A stretch of 64,000 nt of DNA from an uncultured Planctomycetota bacterium. GTDB lineage: Bacteria > Planctomycetota > Planctomycetia > Isosphaerales > Isosphaeraceae. The stretch spans positions 32,001 through 96,000 of the forward strand of contig CAWJTV010000028.1 of the NCBI GenBank assembly GCA_963845755.1. Reading direction: 5' to 3'. The notes under the pieces are model-generated. The model was given only the letters and a program-made list of their open reading frames with translations, had not been told where the DNA came from and ran no database searches. Positions within the stretch are counted from its first letter, which is position 1; the number at the start of each line of letters is the position of its first letter. Shown here in pieces: positions 1-10,557 of the stretch. The position numbers and the translations under genes are program-made.

Positions 1-83
1 TGAGATGGGTGTCGAGAAATCGAAGAAGAAAGAGAAATAGAGGCGCTCAACGATTGAGTTGCGCATCCGCCCCTGCGATGCAA

Positions 84-130
84 ATCCACCCCCCTGACTG
101 CCCGCCTTGGAAGGGGGGGGTAGGGGGGAT
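84..130. repeat. REP-like G/C-run palindrome
   Basis: ATCCACCCCCCT..CCCGCCTT-GG-AAGGGGGGGG.TAGGGGGGAT can fold into an imperfect hairpin; intergenic. Confidence 0.45.
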
Positions 131-482
131 CTCTTCGGGACCGTCGGTCCTTGCCGACATTCCCCACTGGCCACTTGCCACTTCGGCAGTCGTCCGTAAG
201 AATCAGTTAAGAGTGACGCAACGGCTGACGAATGCCGCACGGGTGGGGTTCGCGCGTATCGCGGGCGAACCCATCCCGAAACGACGAGCCAGAGGTGGAC
301 TCGTAGGACGTCGGGGCTGGCAGGCTATCGCGACACCAGCGTCGCGCCCCGCCCTACGAGCCAGGAAGGAAGCCAGCCCGTGGCCCGACCCAAGCGCTGG
401 TATGATCCCGACGCCGCTACGACCCTCCGCCTGATCCCACGATACGACCAGGACGACTCCTGGAGTGTCGTGAAATGGCGCC

Positions 483-1313
483 ATGCCGCGCGTGTCGCCG
501 AGCTTGATGGAATGTCTCGTCTATCCCTTGAGGGACGGGCCCGGACTGGGATTGCTGGTCTTTCTCCCGCCGATGCTCTGGATCCTGTCGCTGCCGGTCT
601 TCGACGTGATCTCGGTGCTCCAGCCGATGACCAAGGGGGATTGGGCACTCGGATTGTTGATCGTGCCGGTGATGACGCCGATGCTCTTCAGCTTCGCGAT
701 GACCTTCGGGTACGCGCTGCTGTTCCTCGGCCATATGCTGGTGGCCAGTGCCCTGGGCGAAAACGACCACCCGCGCTGGCCGGAGTGGCACCCCAGCGAC
801 ATCGCTGAAGGGGTCGGGCGCTGGTTCTGGGCGGGCCTGATTGGCGGTGCGCTCGGGGGCATCCCGCTGGTGTTCTACTGGAAGTATTGCGGTGAGATCG
901 ACTGGTTCGACTGGTTCGTGATGATCGACCTGATCCTGCTGGCGGTGGGCTATTCCCAGATGGCCCTGGCGGCGGCCCTGCTGCACGAGAACATCCTGGC
1001 CGTCAACCCGGTCACGGTCTTCCAGGCCATCTTCCGGATCGGCTGGGAGTATCTGCGGACCTGCCTGGTCGCGGGCGTCTCGCTGGTCGTGGCCGGACTG
1101 GCCATCCGGGCACTCCTCTACCACATGCCGACCATGTGGGCCGAGGGGCTGGCGCTGTGGGGCTTCTGGGTCTTTCTCTTCTACTCGGCGATGGTCGTGG
1201 TCCGGATGATGGGGCTGACCTACCACGCCCATGCGCTGGACCTGCACTGGTTCCGTCGCCGTCCGCGCTGGGCGTCCTCGAAGGGCAAGGGGCAGATCTA
1301 CGCCAACTCGTGA
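483..1313 (+). CDS. Multi-pass membrane protein of unknown function
   Basis: 276 aa ORF with about 6 hydrophobic helices and GC3-rich codons; the true start may lie upstream (about 380) across a frameshift. Confidence 0.75.
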   Translation: MPRVSPSLMECLVYPLRDGPGLGLLVFLPPMLWILSLPVFDVISVLQPMTKGDWALGLLIVPVMTPMLFSFAMTFGYALLFLGHMLVASALGENDHPRWPEWHPSDIAEGVGRWFWAGLIGGALGGIPLVFYWKYCGEIDWFDWFVMIDLILLAVGYSQMALAAALLHENILAVNPVTVFQAIFRIGWEYLRTCLVAGVSLVVAGLAIRALLYHMPTMWAEGLALWGFWVFLFYSAMVVVRMMGLTYHAHALDLHWFRRRPRWASSKGKGQIYANS

Positions 1314-1328
1314 ACTCCGATGCTGGGA

Positions 1329-1460
1329 TCCGATCGATTCCGGATTCCCGATTCCGGATTCCCGATTCCGGATTCGAGATCAAGGATTCAGGAGAGATGT
1401 AAGTTAAGCCTTCATAGGCTATTATGGTAATTAATTCCGGATTCCGGATTCCGGTTCTTC
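1329..1460. repeat. Intergenic heptamer tandem repeats (CC[G/C]GATT)n
   Basis: gattccg-gattccc-gattccg-gattccc-gattccg-gattcga, with a second tract at about 1433-1456, between convergent genes. Confidence 0.75.
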
Positions 1461-1469
1461 CAGATCCTC

Positions 1470-2859
1470 TCAGCCTGCGCCCAGGCCGGCCAGCTTGATC
1501 AGGAGGACGATCGCGACCGTGTAGAAGATCACCAGCCCGGTGGCGTCAACCAGCGTGCTGATGAGCGGCGCGGAGACGACGGCCGGGTCGATGCCGAACC
1601 GTTCGGCCAGGAGCGGGACCAGGGCACCGACACCGTTGGCCCAGACACAAATGCCGATGATCGCCAGCGCGATGACCGCGCCAAAGGTCTTGGAGTGGCC
1701 GAGCAACAGCCAGACAAACGCGAAGCCGAGCGCCACCGAGCAGGGTGCCCAGTAACAAGCCGGTGAGGACTTCACGCACCAGGACCCGGAGGGTGTCGCC
1801 GCGATGGATCTCGCCCAGGGCCAGGCCCCGGATGATCGTGCCGACGGCCTGGCTGCCGGCATTGCCACCGGTCCCGATCAACAGCGGAATGAACGTGTCG
1901 AACTCGATGGTGGGAAAGCGGTCATCGACCCAGTTGAACACGTGGATGATGTAGCGGGTAATGGCCCCGCCGACGAACAGGAGCAACAACCAGCCGATCC
2001 GCCGCCGGACGGACTCGTGGATCCGCCCTTCCCAGTACGTCTCCTCGTTGGCCTCGGCATCGCGCGAGACGCCGCCGAAGGCCAGGATGTCCTCGGTCTG
2101 CTCCTGGCGGAGGATGTCCATCGCGTCGTCGTGGGTGATGATCCCCAGCAGCCCGTCCGCGCCGTCGACGACGGGGATCGCGATCAGGTCGTACTTGTCG
2201 ATCTGCCGGGCGACGGTCTCCTGGTCCTCATCCACGCGCGCGAAGATGACGTCGCGCTGCATGATTTCTTCGATGACGGCCGAGCGCCGCGATAAGATGA
2301 GCCGCTTGAGTGAGACGAAGCCGATCAGCCGGCGATTGTGGTCGATGACATAGCAATAGTAGATCGTCTCGCGGTCGGGCGCCTCGTGCCGGAGCCGATC
2401 GATGGCCTCGCGCACGGTGATATGGGAAGGAAGCGTCACGTAGTCGGTCGTCATGACGGCGCCGGCCGTACCGGGTTCGTAGCTGGCCAGTCGGCGGATG
2501 TCCTCGCGCTCCGCCTGGGCGAGGTAGGGCAGTACCGGGTCGAGTACCTCCTCGTCGAGCCGGTTGACCAGGTCGGCGCGTTCGTCGTGCGACATCACGT
2601 GGAGGAGTTCGGCCGCCTCCTGGGCCGGCATCATCTCGACGAGCTTGACCTGACGTTCCTTCTCCAGGTAGCTGAGGACCTGGGCCCGGTCGCGGGGCAG
2701 GAGGATGCGAAACAAGGTCTCGCCATCCCCGTCCTCCAGATCTTCCATCAGCTCGGCGACGCGACCAGGATGATAGTCTTCGAGGAAGTCGCGCAGGCCC
2801 GCGACCTCCCCGTCGTGGATCAACTCGCGCAGGTCAGGGATCAGGAGCGGATGTCGCAT
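1470..2859 (-). CDS. mgtE: Magnesium transporter MgtE (frameshift near 1733)
   Basis: N-domain, CBS pair (TAGAVMTTDYV, ETIYYCYV), GTGGNAGSQ, and C-terminal DPAVVSAPLISTLVDATG in the adjacent frame. Confidence 0.93.
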
Positions 2860-2867
2860 GGGGAAAC

Positions 2868-2974
2868 GATGAGAGATGAAGGATGAAGGATGAAAAACGC
2901 CGCGTCGGGCACTGGCTTAGCCGGCAATCCTATTGATTTCTGACTCATCCTTCATCCGTCATCCTTCATCCTTC
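2868..2974. repeat. Inverted heptamer repeat tracts (GATGAAG)n ... (TCATCCT)n
   Basis: gatgagagatgaaggatgaaggatgaa pairs with tcatccttcatccgtcatccttcatcc, forming a long hairpin between serS and mgtE. Confidence 0.75.
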
Positions 2975-4273
2975 CGGAACGCGCAGCCTTCCGAGGACGT
3001 CCTTCCCGACGAACGGCCGCAAGACTTCGGGGACGTCGATCAATCCGTCGGACCGCTGGTAGTTCTCCAGGATCACGATGAGCGCCCGGCTGATGGCGAC
3101 CGCCGTGCCGTTCAGGGTGTGAACGAATCGCGTCCCTTTCTGTCCCGCGGGCCGGTAGCGGATATTCAGACGACGGGCCTGGTAATCGGTGCAGTCCGAC
3201 GTGCTGGTCACCTCGCCGTATTCACCACCCGCGCCGCGACCGGGCATCCAGGCTTCGAGGTCGTACTTCCGGTAAGCCGGCCCGCCCAGGTCGCCCGAGC
3301 AGATGTCGAGCACGCGATACGGAATTCCCAGCGCCTGGAAGAGCTCTTCCTCGATCGCCAGCATCTCGGCGTGCAGGGCGCCGGAGGATTCGGGAGTGGT
3401 GAAGGCGAACATCTCGACCTTGGTGAACTGGTGGACGCGATAGAGCCCCCGGCTGGCGCGGCCGGCGGCGCCGGCCTCGGTCCGGAAGCAATGAGACAGG
3501 CCGACGTAGCGGATCGGCAGCGCGGCGCCGTCAAGGATCTCGTCGGCGAGCATCCCTCCGAGCGTGATCTCGGCGGTGCCGACCAGGCTGAGATCGGTAT
3601 CCTCGACGGAGTAGACCTGGGTCTCGGCCCCGCGTGGCGTGAACCCGATCCCCTCGAGGATCTGGTTGCGGGCCAGGTCGGGCGTGGTGATGGGCGTGAA
3701 GCCGTGGCCGATGAGCCGCTTGACGGCGAACTGCTGGAGCGCCAGGTCCAGCAAGACTGCATCGTTCTTGAGGAAGTAAAAACCGGTCCCGCTGACCTTG
3801 CCGCCCGTCTCGAAGTCGATGAGGTCGAGGTCCTTGCCGAGTGCGACGTGGTCCCTCGGCTTGAAGTCGAACGCGCGGGGAGTGCCGACCTTGCGGATCT
3901 CGCGGCTCTGGTCCTCCGTCTGGCCGATGGGGGCCTCCGGGTGGGTCAGGTTGGGGATGCGCTTCAGCCGCTGGGTCAGCTCGGCCTCGAGCCGGCGGAG
4001 CCGCTCCTCCTCGTCGGCGACCGCCGACTTGAGCCGCTTACCCTCGTCGATCAGCGCGGACCGCTTCTCGGCGTCGCGCTCGCGGCCGGTGGCCTGGGCG
4101 ACCTCGTTCTGCCGGCGCCGAACCTCCTCGACCCCCTGGAGCAGGCCCCGACGCTCGGATTCGAGCTGGACGACCAGGTCGACATCCTCGATCACGTCGG
4201 GCGAGACGTTGCGGTCCCGGCAATTCTGCTTGACCGCGTCGGCGTTCGCGACGACGTACTTCAGGTCCAACAT
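2966..4273 (-). CDS. serS: Serine--tRNA ligase
   Basis: MLDLK N-terminus, coiled-coil arm, GTAE, FRTEAG, RGLYRVHQFTKVE, HTLNGT motifs. Confidence 0.98.
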   Translation of the reverse strand: MLDLKYVVANADAVKQNCRDRNVSPDVIEDVDLVVQLESERRGLLQGVEEVRRRQNEVAQATGRERDAEKRSALIDEGKRLKSAVADEEERLRRLEAELTQRLKRIPNLTHPEAPIGQTEDQSREIRKVGTPRAFDFKPRDHVALGKDLDLIDFETGGKVSGTGFYFLKNDAVLLDLALQQFAVKRLIGHGFTPITTPDLARNQILEGIGFTPRGAETQVYSVEDTDLSLVGTAEITLGGMLADEILDGAALPIRYVGLSHCFRTEAGAAGRASRGLYRVHQFTKVEMFAFTTPESSGALHAEMLAIEEELFQALGIPYRVLDICSGDLGGPAYRKYDLEAWMPGRGAGGEYGEVTSTSDCTDYQARRLNIRYRPAGQKGTRFVHTLNGTAVAISRALIVILENYQRSDGLIDVPEVLRPFVGKDVLGRLRVPEG

Positions 4274-4420
4274 GAGAGGGACACCTTCTCCGAAGCTGCG
4301 AACAAGTGATTCCCGATCACAGATTCAAGATTCAAATGGATGTAAGCCATTTTTTCACAGGACATTACGCTCATCGGGTTCGGAAGCCGGAATCCTCGAT
4401 CCGAGTCCCGTCAGATTCTC

Positions 4421-5815
4421 TCAGGAAACCGTCTCCCGCGCCAGCTCGTCAAAGAGGTGGGCGCTCGACTTGATTCCGCGGTGGAAGTCGGCCAGGGAGA
4501 ATTTCTCGTTGGGGCCGTGCAGGTTGTCGTCGGTCTGGCCCCAGCCCAGCAGCAGGGTATCCACGCCGAGGTGCTGCTTGATCAGACCCACGACTGGGAT
4601 CGAACCCCCTTCGCGCATGAAGACGGGCCGGGTCCCGAAGCCGGCTTCGACCGCCCGCACCGCCGCCCTGACCCCGGGCGTATCCACGTCGACCAGCACG
4701 GCTGGTGCCCCGTGATGGGTGAGGATCTCGTAGGAAATTCCGGGCGGGCAGCTCCGAGCCACGTGGTCCCGGAATAGACGCTCGACGGTCTTGGGATCCT
4801 GGTCGGGGACCAGCCGGAAGCTGAGCTTGGCCCCGGCCTTGCAGGGGAGCACCGTCTTCGGCCCGGGGCCCGAATAGCCGCCGAAGATGCCGTTGATGTC
4901 GCAGGTCGGCCGGGCCCACTTGCGTTCCAGCGTGGAATAACCGGCCTCGCCCGACAACGCGGAGACGGCCAGGTCGGCCTGGAATGCCGCTTCCGAGAAC
5001 GGGAGCTTGGCGAACTCCGCCCGCTCCCAGTCCTCCAGCGGCGTGACGGCATCGTAGAAGCCTTCGATTTGAATCCGCCCATCCGGACCCTTGAGGCCTG
5101 CGAGGATCGTGCACAGCGCGTTGATCGGATTGGCCACCGCACCGCCGTAGGTCCCGGAATGCAGATCGCGGTTGGCCCCTTGAACCAGGAGCTCGAAATA
5201 GGCCAGGCCCTTCAACCCATAGGTGATCGCGGGTATGCCCGGAGCGAACTGGCTGGTGTCGGAGATCACGGCGTAATCGCAGGCCAGGCGTCCCGCGTGG
5301 CGGGCGACGTAGTCCTCGAGGCTGGCGCCTCCGACCTCTTCTTCGCCCTCGACGATGAACTTGACATTCACCGGCAGCCGGCCGGCCGTTTTCAACCAGG
5401 CTTCGGCCGCCTTGAGGTGGGTCAGCATCTGCCCCTTGTCGTCGGTCGCCCCGCGTGCAAAGATGTTCCCGTCCCGGATTGACGGCTCGAAGGGCGATGA
5501 GAGCCAGGGTTCCATCGGCTCGGGCGGCTGGACGTCATAGTGTCCATAGACCAGCAACGTCGGTTGGCCCGGGGCACCGAGCCATTCGGCATAGACGATG
5601 GGGTGACGTGGCGTCTCGATCAGCTCGGTCGACAGCCCGATGGCGGTCAGGTCGTCGCGGACGAAGCGCGCCGCTCGCTGTGTGTCGGCGTCGTGTTTCG
5701 GCTGGGCGCTGACGCTCGGAATCCGAAGAAATGCCTCGAGCTGCGTCTCGAAATCGGCCCGATGGGCCTCGACGTAGGCGTCAACCCGGCCGATCGCCGT
5801 TTGATCCTGAATCAT
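4421..5815 (-). CDS. M20 family dipeptidase
   Basis: YGHYDVQP, ARGATDDKGQ, EGEEEVG, DLHSG, EGGSIP, HGPNEK motifs. Confidence 0.93.
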   Translation of the reverse strand: MIQDQTAIGRVDAYVEAHRADFETQLEAFLRIPSVSAQPKHDADTQRAARFVRDDLTAIGLSTELIETPRHPIVYAEWLGAPGQPTLLVYGHYDVQPPEPMEPWLSSPFEPSIRDGNIFARGATDDKGQMLTHLKAAEAWLKTAGRLPVNVKFIVEGEEEVGGASLEDYVARHAGRLACDYAVISDTSQFAPGIPAITYGLKGLAYFELLVQGANRDLHSGTYGGAVANPINALCTILAGLKGPDGRIQIEGFYDAVTPLEDWERAEFAKLPFSEAAFQADLAVSALSGEAGYSTLERKWARPTCDINGIFGGYSGPGPKTVLPCKAGAKLSFRLVPDQDPKTVERLFRDHVARSCPPGISYEILTHHGAPAVLVDVDTPGVRAAVRAVEAGFGTRPVFMREGGSIPVVGLIKQHLGVDTLLLGWGQTDDNLHGPNEKFSLADFHRGIKSSAHLFDELARETVS

Positions 5816-6432
5816 CAGTCACCGGTCCTCCGTCGCAATGTCCATTCGCCAGACTGCGGCTGGGGCCGTTCCGGCCGACCAGATCCCGTGAGTCTCAGTA
5901 TAGCACCGGCCGCGGAAGGGAGCGACGGTCGTACCTGCCCGAATCGTCACGATCCGGAGTTCTCGACAAGCCTATCATTCGGGCAGGATTTCGTCCTCGA
6001 ATGCATCCCTGGATTCATGGAATTGTGGCGAGAAAGCGATTTCGTTGATTCCCATCATCAGGGGGAGCGGCGTTTTGGATCCGAAGGCTTGTGCTCTTCG
6101 AGAATTGCTTACAAAATGCAGATGAGTCGTCTGTACGGTTGACTTCCCGCAGAGAGCGTCCATATTTTTCAAAACTTGATTCAAGTTTTTGTGAGACCAG
6201 GCCGCACGACATTCCTCCAGGTCTGATTTTTATATCGGTATCGAAATTGCTGGAGATCGGTCACGACCGGATGGTTGCGAAGAGATCGAGTATGCGGAGG
6301 AATCGGACGGGCGGCGTAAGTGGGAAGTCGAACCGGTGTGCCGTCGCTGGGATTTTTTTCTCGATCGAGTTTGAATGTGGAAGCTGGTTGCGAAGATCAC
6401 GCATGGTATACATGAGAGAACAAGATTGAGGA

Positions 6433-6557
6433 GTTGCCAACGGAAAGGCGACCGTCCCCGGGGTGGGTTTCGGCTCCCTTCGGCGCGGTGTCAAGCGGAT
6501 GCCTGGGAGGCGCGGCTTGGGCCTGATGCCCAAGACTGCTTGACGCAGTGGCCGGGG
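6433..6557 (+). ncRNA. Candidate structured RNA leader (unclassified)
   Basis: Nested complementary stems upstream of the 6613 ORF; no known family recognised. Confidence 0.3.
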
Positions 6558-6612
6558 CTTTCATCGAACCATTCCCAGTGCGCGTCGCGGTTTTAGGAGG
6601 GGAGCCTTTCTG

Positions 6613-7296
6613 ATGAGTTTTCTTCAACGCTTCCTCGATCGTGTGCTTCGCAACAACCCGAGCCGGATGGCTCGAACCGGCTTTGATGATCTCAGTGAAG
6701 ACCAGTTGGATGCCCACCTACGCGTCGGACGCTATGGGAACTTCTCATTGACGGATGCCGTCCGCCCCTCGATCGGCCTGGACGTGATCCCGCGCGAGGG
6801 GTACCGCCGCGATACCTATTGTGACCCGGACAGCGGCAACAAGATGCCCGTGCTGGCCGCGTCCGTCTCGTCAGAGCACCTCTTCGAGGTGTTCATGGAT
6901 CTCCTGGACCCCCTCGGTGAAGTCGTCGATGTGGTCATGGAGTCGAGTCATGATTCCGAGCCAGGGTGCCACGCCGATCTCTACCGCGAGCATATGGACA
7001 CCGTGATCCTCAAGAGCACCCTTTACGATTACGAACCGCTCTTGCTCCACGACGGTTGCACGGGACTGGCCGCGCTCAACCCCCATGGCCCCATGGAAGT
7101 CCAGTTCGACGAACACAAGCTCCTGTTCGTCTACGCCCACGACCTCCAGCCCTTCGAGGACATCCTGCGCCAGTACGGCCTGAAGCGGGACGACACGCTG
7201 AAATTCATCTCCGAAGCCGAGCACCTCCACTCCACCGACGACGTCTATCACGAACAGTTCGAGGAGATCCTCTACCGGCTGGGTATTGATCGATAA
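6613..7296 (+). CDS. Conserved hypothetical protein
   Basis: 227 aa ORF, AGGAGG-like RBS upstream, strong codon bias. Confidence 0.85.
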   Translation: MSFLQRFLDRVLRNNPSRMARTGFDDLSEDQLDAHLRVGRYGNFSLTDAVRPSIGLDVIPREGYRRDTYCDPDSGNKMPVLAASVSSEHLFEVFMDLLDPLGEVVDVVMESSHDSEPGCHADLYREHMDTVILKSTLYDYEPLLLHDGCTGLAALNPHGPMEVQFDEHKLLFVYAHDLQPFEDILRQYGLKRDDTLKFISEAEHLHSTDDVYHEQFEEILYRLGIDR

Positions 7297-7717
7297 TTCG
7301 ATTGTTTGGTACCACGCAACGAAAGCACCGTGCGGAAGGGTACGCGGCGGTCAGACACCTGGAGATCCGAATCGAGCCGCGACCCTGATGCACCCGTCCC
7401 CTCCCGAGTCCATGTGTTCGCTCCCCTGGGGTCGCGGCTTCGCCGGCAGTAGCGCAGGGGTCGAGAAGGTCCTCGGACGACTTGGTACCCTCCTGTATCC
7501 GCTCCATCGAGGCCTGACCGCGAAGAACCCGCCCTCAACCCGCTCAGGCGTTGAAATCGACGCAGTCGATCCAGTCCGCCCATGCAGAACTCGGGAAGAG
7601 TGCCAGTCTGCCCCCGCCCTTTTTCGGCGCGGATAAAATGGATCGGATCATCTTCGTCTCTCCCTCGACCCACCGCTGGCCACCGTCCGCCCCGGTCCCG
7701 AAGGGTGCCGGGCTCGG

Positions 7718-9622
7718 GTGAATGTGGGTCGTCGAACCACAGCTCGACGGGAGGGGCTTTCCAGGAATCGAAATCATCGCGGCTTGGGGATCGAAGCCGG
7801 ATCGCGTGTCGGTCTCATTGGAAGGGGCACATCCATGCTCGGTTTGTTTCGGGGCGACTCGGCCGTACTCGGGATTGGTCAGGGGCGAGGTCGCGAGGGG
7901 CGTCGCGGTCGTCGAGGCGCCGGCCACCGGAGCCATCGGCCGCTGCTGGAGGGGTTGGAGGTGAGGATCACCCCGGCGACCGCCATATGGACCGGACTGG
8001 GCACCGACACCAACTGGACGACCGCCGCCAACTGGATGGGCAACACGCCCCCGAATCCCGGCGACGACTTGAACTTCCCGACGCTCACCACCTCGACCCC
8101 GCATGTCTCGGTGAACAACTTCACCGCGGGAACCAGCTTCGATTCGATCACGATCGGGTCGCAGGGGTACGCCCTCTCGGGAAGCTCGGTTGTCCTGTCG
8201 TCGCCGTCGGCGGACATCATCACAACGTACGGATCGGGCGCATCGAGCGACGCGATGGGCACGACCTTGACCGGAGGAACGATCTCGCTCGCCGCGGGCG
8301 GCACGCTCGATCTCTCGGGGGAGCTCGCGGGGACGGCCGGGCTGAGCCTATTTGGCGGCGGTGTCCTCGACCTGCTGGGAGCCAACACCTTCACCGGCAC
8401 GACGACGGTCACCAGCTCGACCCTGCTGGCGGACAGCACAATCCCCGGCGCGGTGCAGAACAACGGCGGGGTGATCGGGGGCAACGGCACGGTCGGCAAC
8501 GTGACCAGTGTCAGCGGGACCATCAGCCCCGGCCACAATCCTAGCCCGGGCGTCCTGACCGTCGGCAGCCTCAGCCTCGATGGCAGCTCGGCGTTCCGGG
8601 TCGTGCTCGACGGGACCTCGCCCGGCAATGGGACCACGGGATACGACCAGTTGGTCGCCGGCGGGGCCGTCAATCTCGGCGGAGCCGCGCTCCACGCCTC
8701 GATCGGCACCGCTTATACCCCGGCCCTGGGCGACCAGTTGACGATCATCCAGAACAATAGCGGCTCGCCCATTACCGGCACCTTTGCCGGGCTCGCGGAG
8801 GGCGCGACCGTCAACATCAGCGGCACGCAGTTCCAGATCACCTATCAGGGCGGGTCCAACCATGAGGACGTCGTCCTGACCGCATTGACTGCCTCGTCCT
8901 CCTCGGCCACCACGACCACAGTGGCCACCTCCAACGAGGTCGCGGTGATCGGCCAGCCCGTGACGTTCACCGCTACGGTCAGCCCGGTCAGCTCCACCGC
9001 CACCCCGACCGGTGCGGTCGTATTCCTTGCCGATAACAACCCGATCGGCGTGGGAGTGCTCAATTCCTCGGATCAGGCGACGTTCACCACCTCCTCGCTA
9101 GGCTACGGATTTCACACGATCACCGCCACCTACGTCGGCGATAGCGTATTCCAGAGCAGCACTTCCAGCGCCATTGGGCAGTTCATCACCAGCGTAGGCA
9201 CGCAGCCGACCCTGACGGTCCTGCCCGTCCGGAACCGGCAGGGCAAGATCGTCAAGCTGGATATCGAGGCACAGATCGGCGTCACGGCTCCGGGGACGGG
9301 GACGCCTCTGGGCAACACCACGTTCTTCGTCAACGGCCGCGCGTCGTACAAGACGGTCCCCACGACCAACGGCGTCGCGGTCCTCACACTCCCCGTGGCG
9401 CGGCTAATCAACAGGTATGTGTTTGCCAGGTACCTTGGCTACTTCACCTCGTTCCAGCCCAGTGTCTCCACGAGCATCCTGATCAGCCGGAGGACCTTGC
9501 AGTCCCTATCGGCAACCCGAACCGTGCCGCATCCTCAGTTGGTCCCCAGGGTCGCAGCCAGGACGGAACGGGACCCCGAGGTGGAATCGCACGTGAGCCG
9601 AGGCCACCGGCATCACCCTTGA
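7718..9622 (+). CDS. Exported surface protein with beta-strand (autotransporter-associated-like) repeats and a Big_3-like Ig domain
   Basis: RPLLEGLEVR planctomycete export motif; Thr/Gly/Ser-rich; GANTFTGTT; GQPVTFTATV..PTG.V.F..H.ITATY.GD Ig signature. Start may be the ATG at 7835. Confidence 0.85.
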   Translation: MNVGRRTTARREGLSRNRNHRGLGIEAGSRVGLIGRGTSMLGLFRGDSAVLGIGQGRGREGRRGRRGAGHRSHRPLLEGLEVRITPATAIWTGLGTDTNWTTAANWMGNTPPNPGDDLNFPTLTTSTPHVSVNNFTAGTSFDSITIGSQGYALSGSSVVLSSPSADIITTYGSGASSDAMGTTLTGGTISLAAGGTLDLSGELAGTAGLSLFGGGVLDLLGANTFTGTTTVTSSTLLADSTIPGAVQNNGGVIGGNGTVGNVTSVSGTISPGHNPSPGVLTVGSLSLDGSSAFRVVLDGTSPGNGTTGYDQLVAGGAVNLGGAALHASIGTAYTPALGDQLTIIQNNSGSPITGTFAGLAEGATVNISGTQFQITYQGGSNHEDVVLTALTASSSSATTTTVATSNEVAVIGQPVTFTATVSPVSSTATPTGAVVFLADNNPIGVGVLNSSDQATFTTSSLGYGFHTITATYVGDSVFQSSTSSAIGQFITSVGTQPTLTVLPVRNRQGKIVKLDIEAQIGVTAPGTGTPLGNTTFFVNGRASYKTVPTTNGVAVLTLPVARLINRYVFARYLGYFTSFQPSVSTSILISRRTLQSLSATRTVPHPQLVPRVAARTERDPEVESHVSRGHRHHP

Positions 9623-9891
9623 GGATGCGATGCCGGGAAAAGCCCGCTAGGCAAATCCCTCCGCGGGGCTTAAATTGAGGATTGGCCTCCGAAGGATCTC
9701 CGCGTCGGGCGGACATCTGGGGTCGCCGATTTCGCATTCCCGGTTCCCGATCAGGAATCTCCGGGATTGGGAATCGGGGACCCCCATTTGCCCGCGACTC
9801 GATGGCTTCCAGTGATCCTCCCAGGGATTTGACAGATCGACGGGCCCGCGAAGCCGCGCGGACATGCCCCAAAGGAGACATGCGAATCGCC

Positions 9892-10455
9892 ATGATGATC
9901 AAAGCGACCGATATTCGTCGAGGGATGGTAATCACGATGGAGGGCGTGAACTTCGTCGTCCTGGATTTCGCCCACCACACCCCGGGCAACCTCCGTGCGA
10001 TGGTCCAGACCAAGCTCCGGAACATGAACAGCGGCTCGCTGATCGAGAAGCGATTCCGCTCGGTCGATCAGATCGAGGTCCCCTACGTCGAGACCAAGGA
10101 ATACGAATACCTCTATTCCGCCGGCGACGACCACGTCTTCATGGACACGGAGACCTACGACCAGCTCAGCTTTTCCGAGGACATCATCGGGACGTCGATG
10201 GCCTATCTGCTGCCGAACAGCCGGGTGATGGTGAAATACATCAACGACAAGGCGGTCTCGATCGAGATCCCCGATTTCGTGGAACTGACGGTGACCGAGA
10301 CGCCGCCGGCCCTCTCCGGAGCGACGGCGACCAATCAATACAAGGAAGCGACGCTCGAGACCGGGCTGAAGGTCGGCGTTCCCCCGTTCATCAAGAACGG
10401 CGAACGCATCCGGATCGACACCCGGACCGGCGAATACCTCGAGCGCGTCAAGTGA
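9892..10455 (+). CDS. efp: Elongation factor P
   Basis: IKATDIRRG, HHTPGNLRA, YEYLY, KEATLETG, VPPFI, IDTRTGEYLERV; AAGGAG RBS upstream. Confidence 0.96.
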   Translation: MMIKATDIRRGMVITMEGVNFVVLDFAHHTPGNLRAMVQTKLRNMNSGSLIEKRFRSVDQIEVPYVETKEYEYLYSAGDDHVFMDTETYDQLSFSEDIIGTSMAYLLPNSRVMVKYINDKAVSIEIPDFVELTVTETPPALSGATATNQYKEATLETGLKVGVPPFIKNGERIRIDTRTGEYLERVK

Positions 10456-10480
10456 ACCTTGCTCGCCGAACTTTCGGAGT

Positions 10481-10541
10481 GATCAGTGGTCAGTTGATAA
10501 ATCGTTTACCTGCTGAGAGCTGAAAACTGAACGCTGAAAAC
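10481..10541. repeat. Heptamer tracts (TCAGTGG)/(CTGAAAA)n
   Basis: gatcagtggtcagtt ... ctgagag-ctgaaaa-ctgaacg-ctgaaaa, an inverted arrangement downstream of efp. Confidence 0.6.
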
Positions 10542-10557
10542 CGGAGCGAAGCGACCA

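Noticed and set aside
2860..2965. M-box riboswitch ahead of mgtE
   Set aside because: The gap is only about 105 nt and is filled by heptamer repeats
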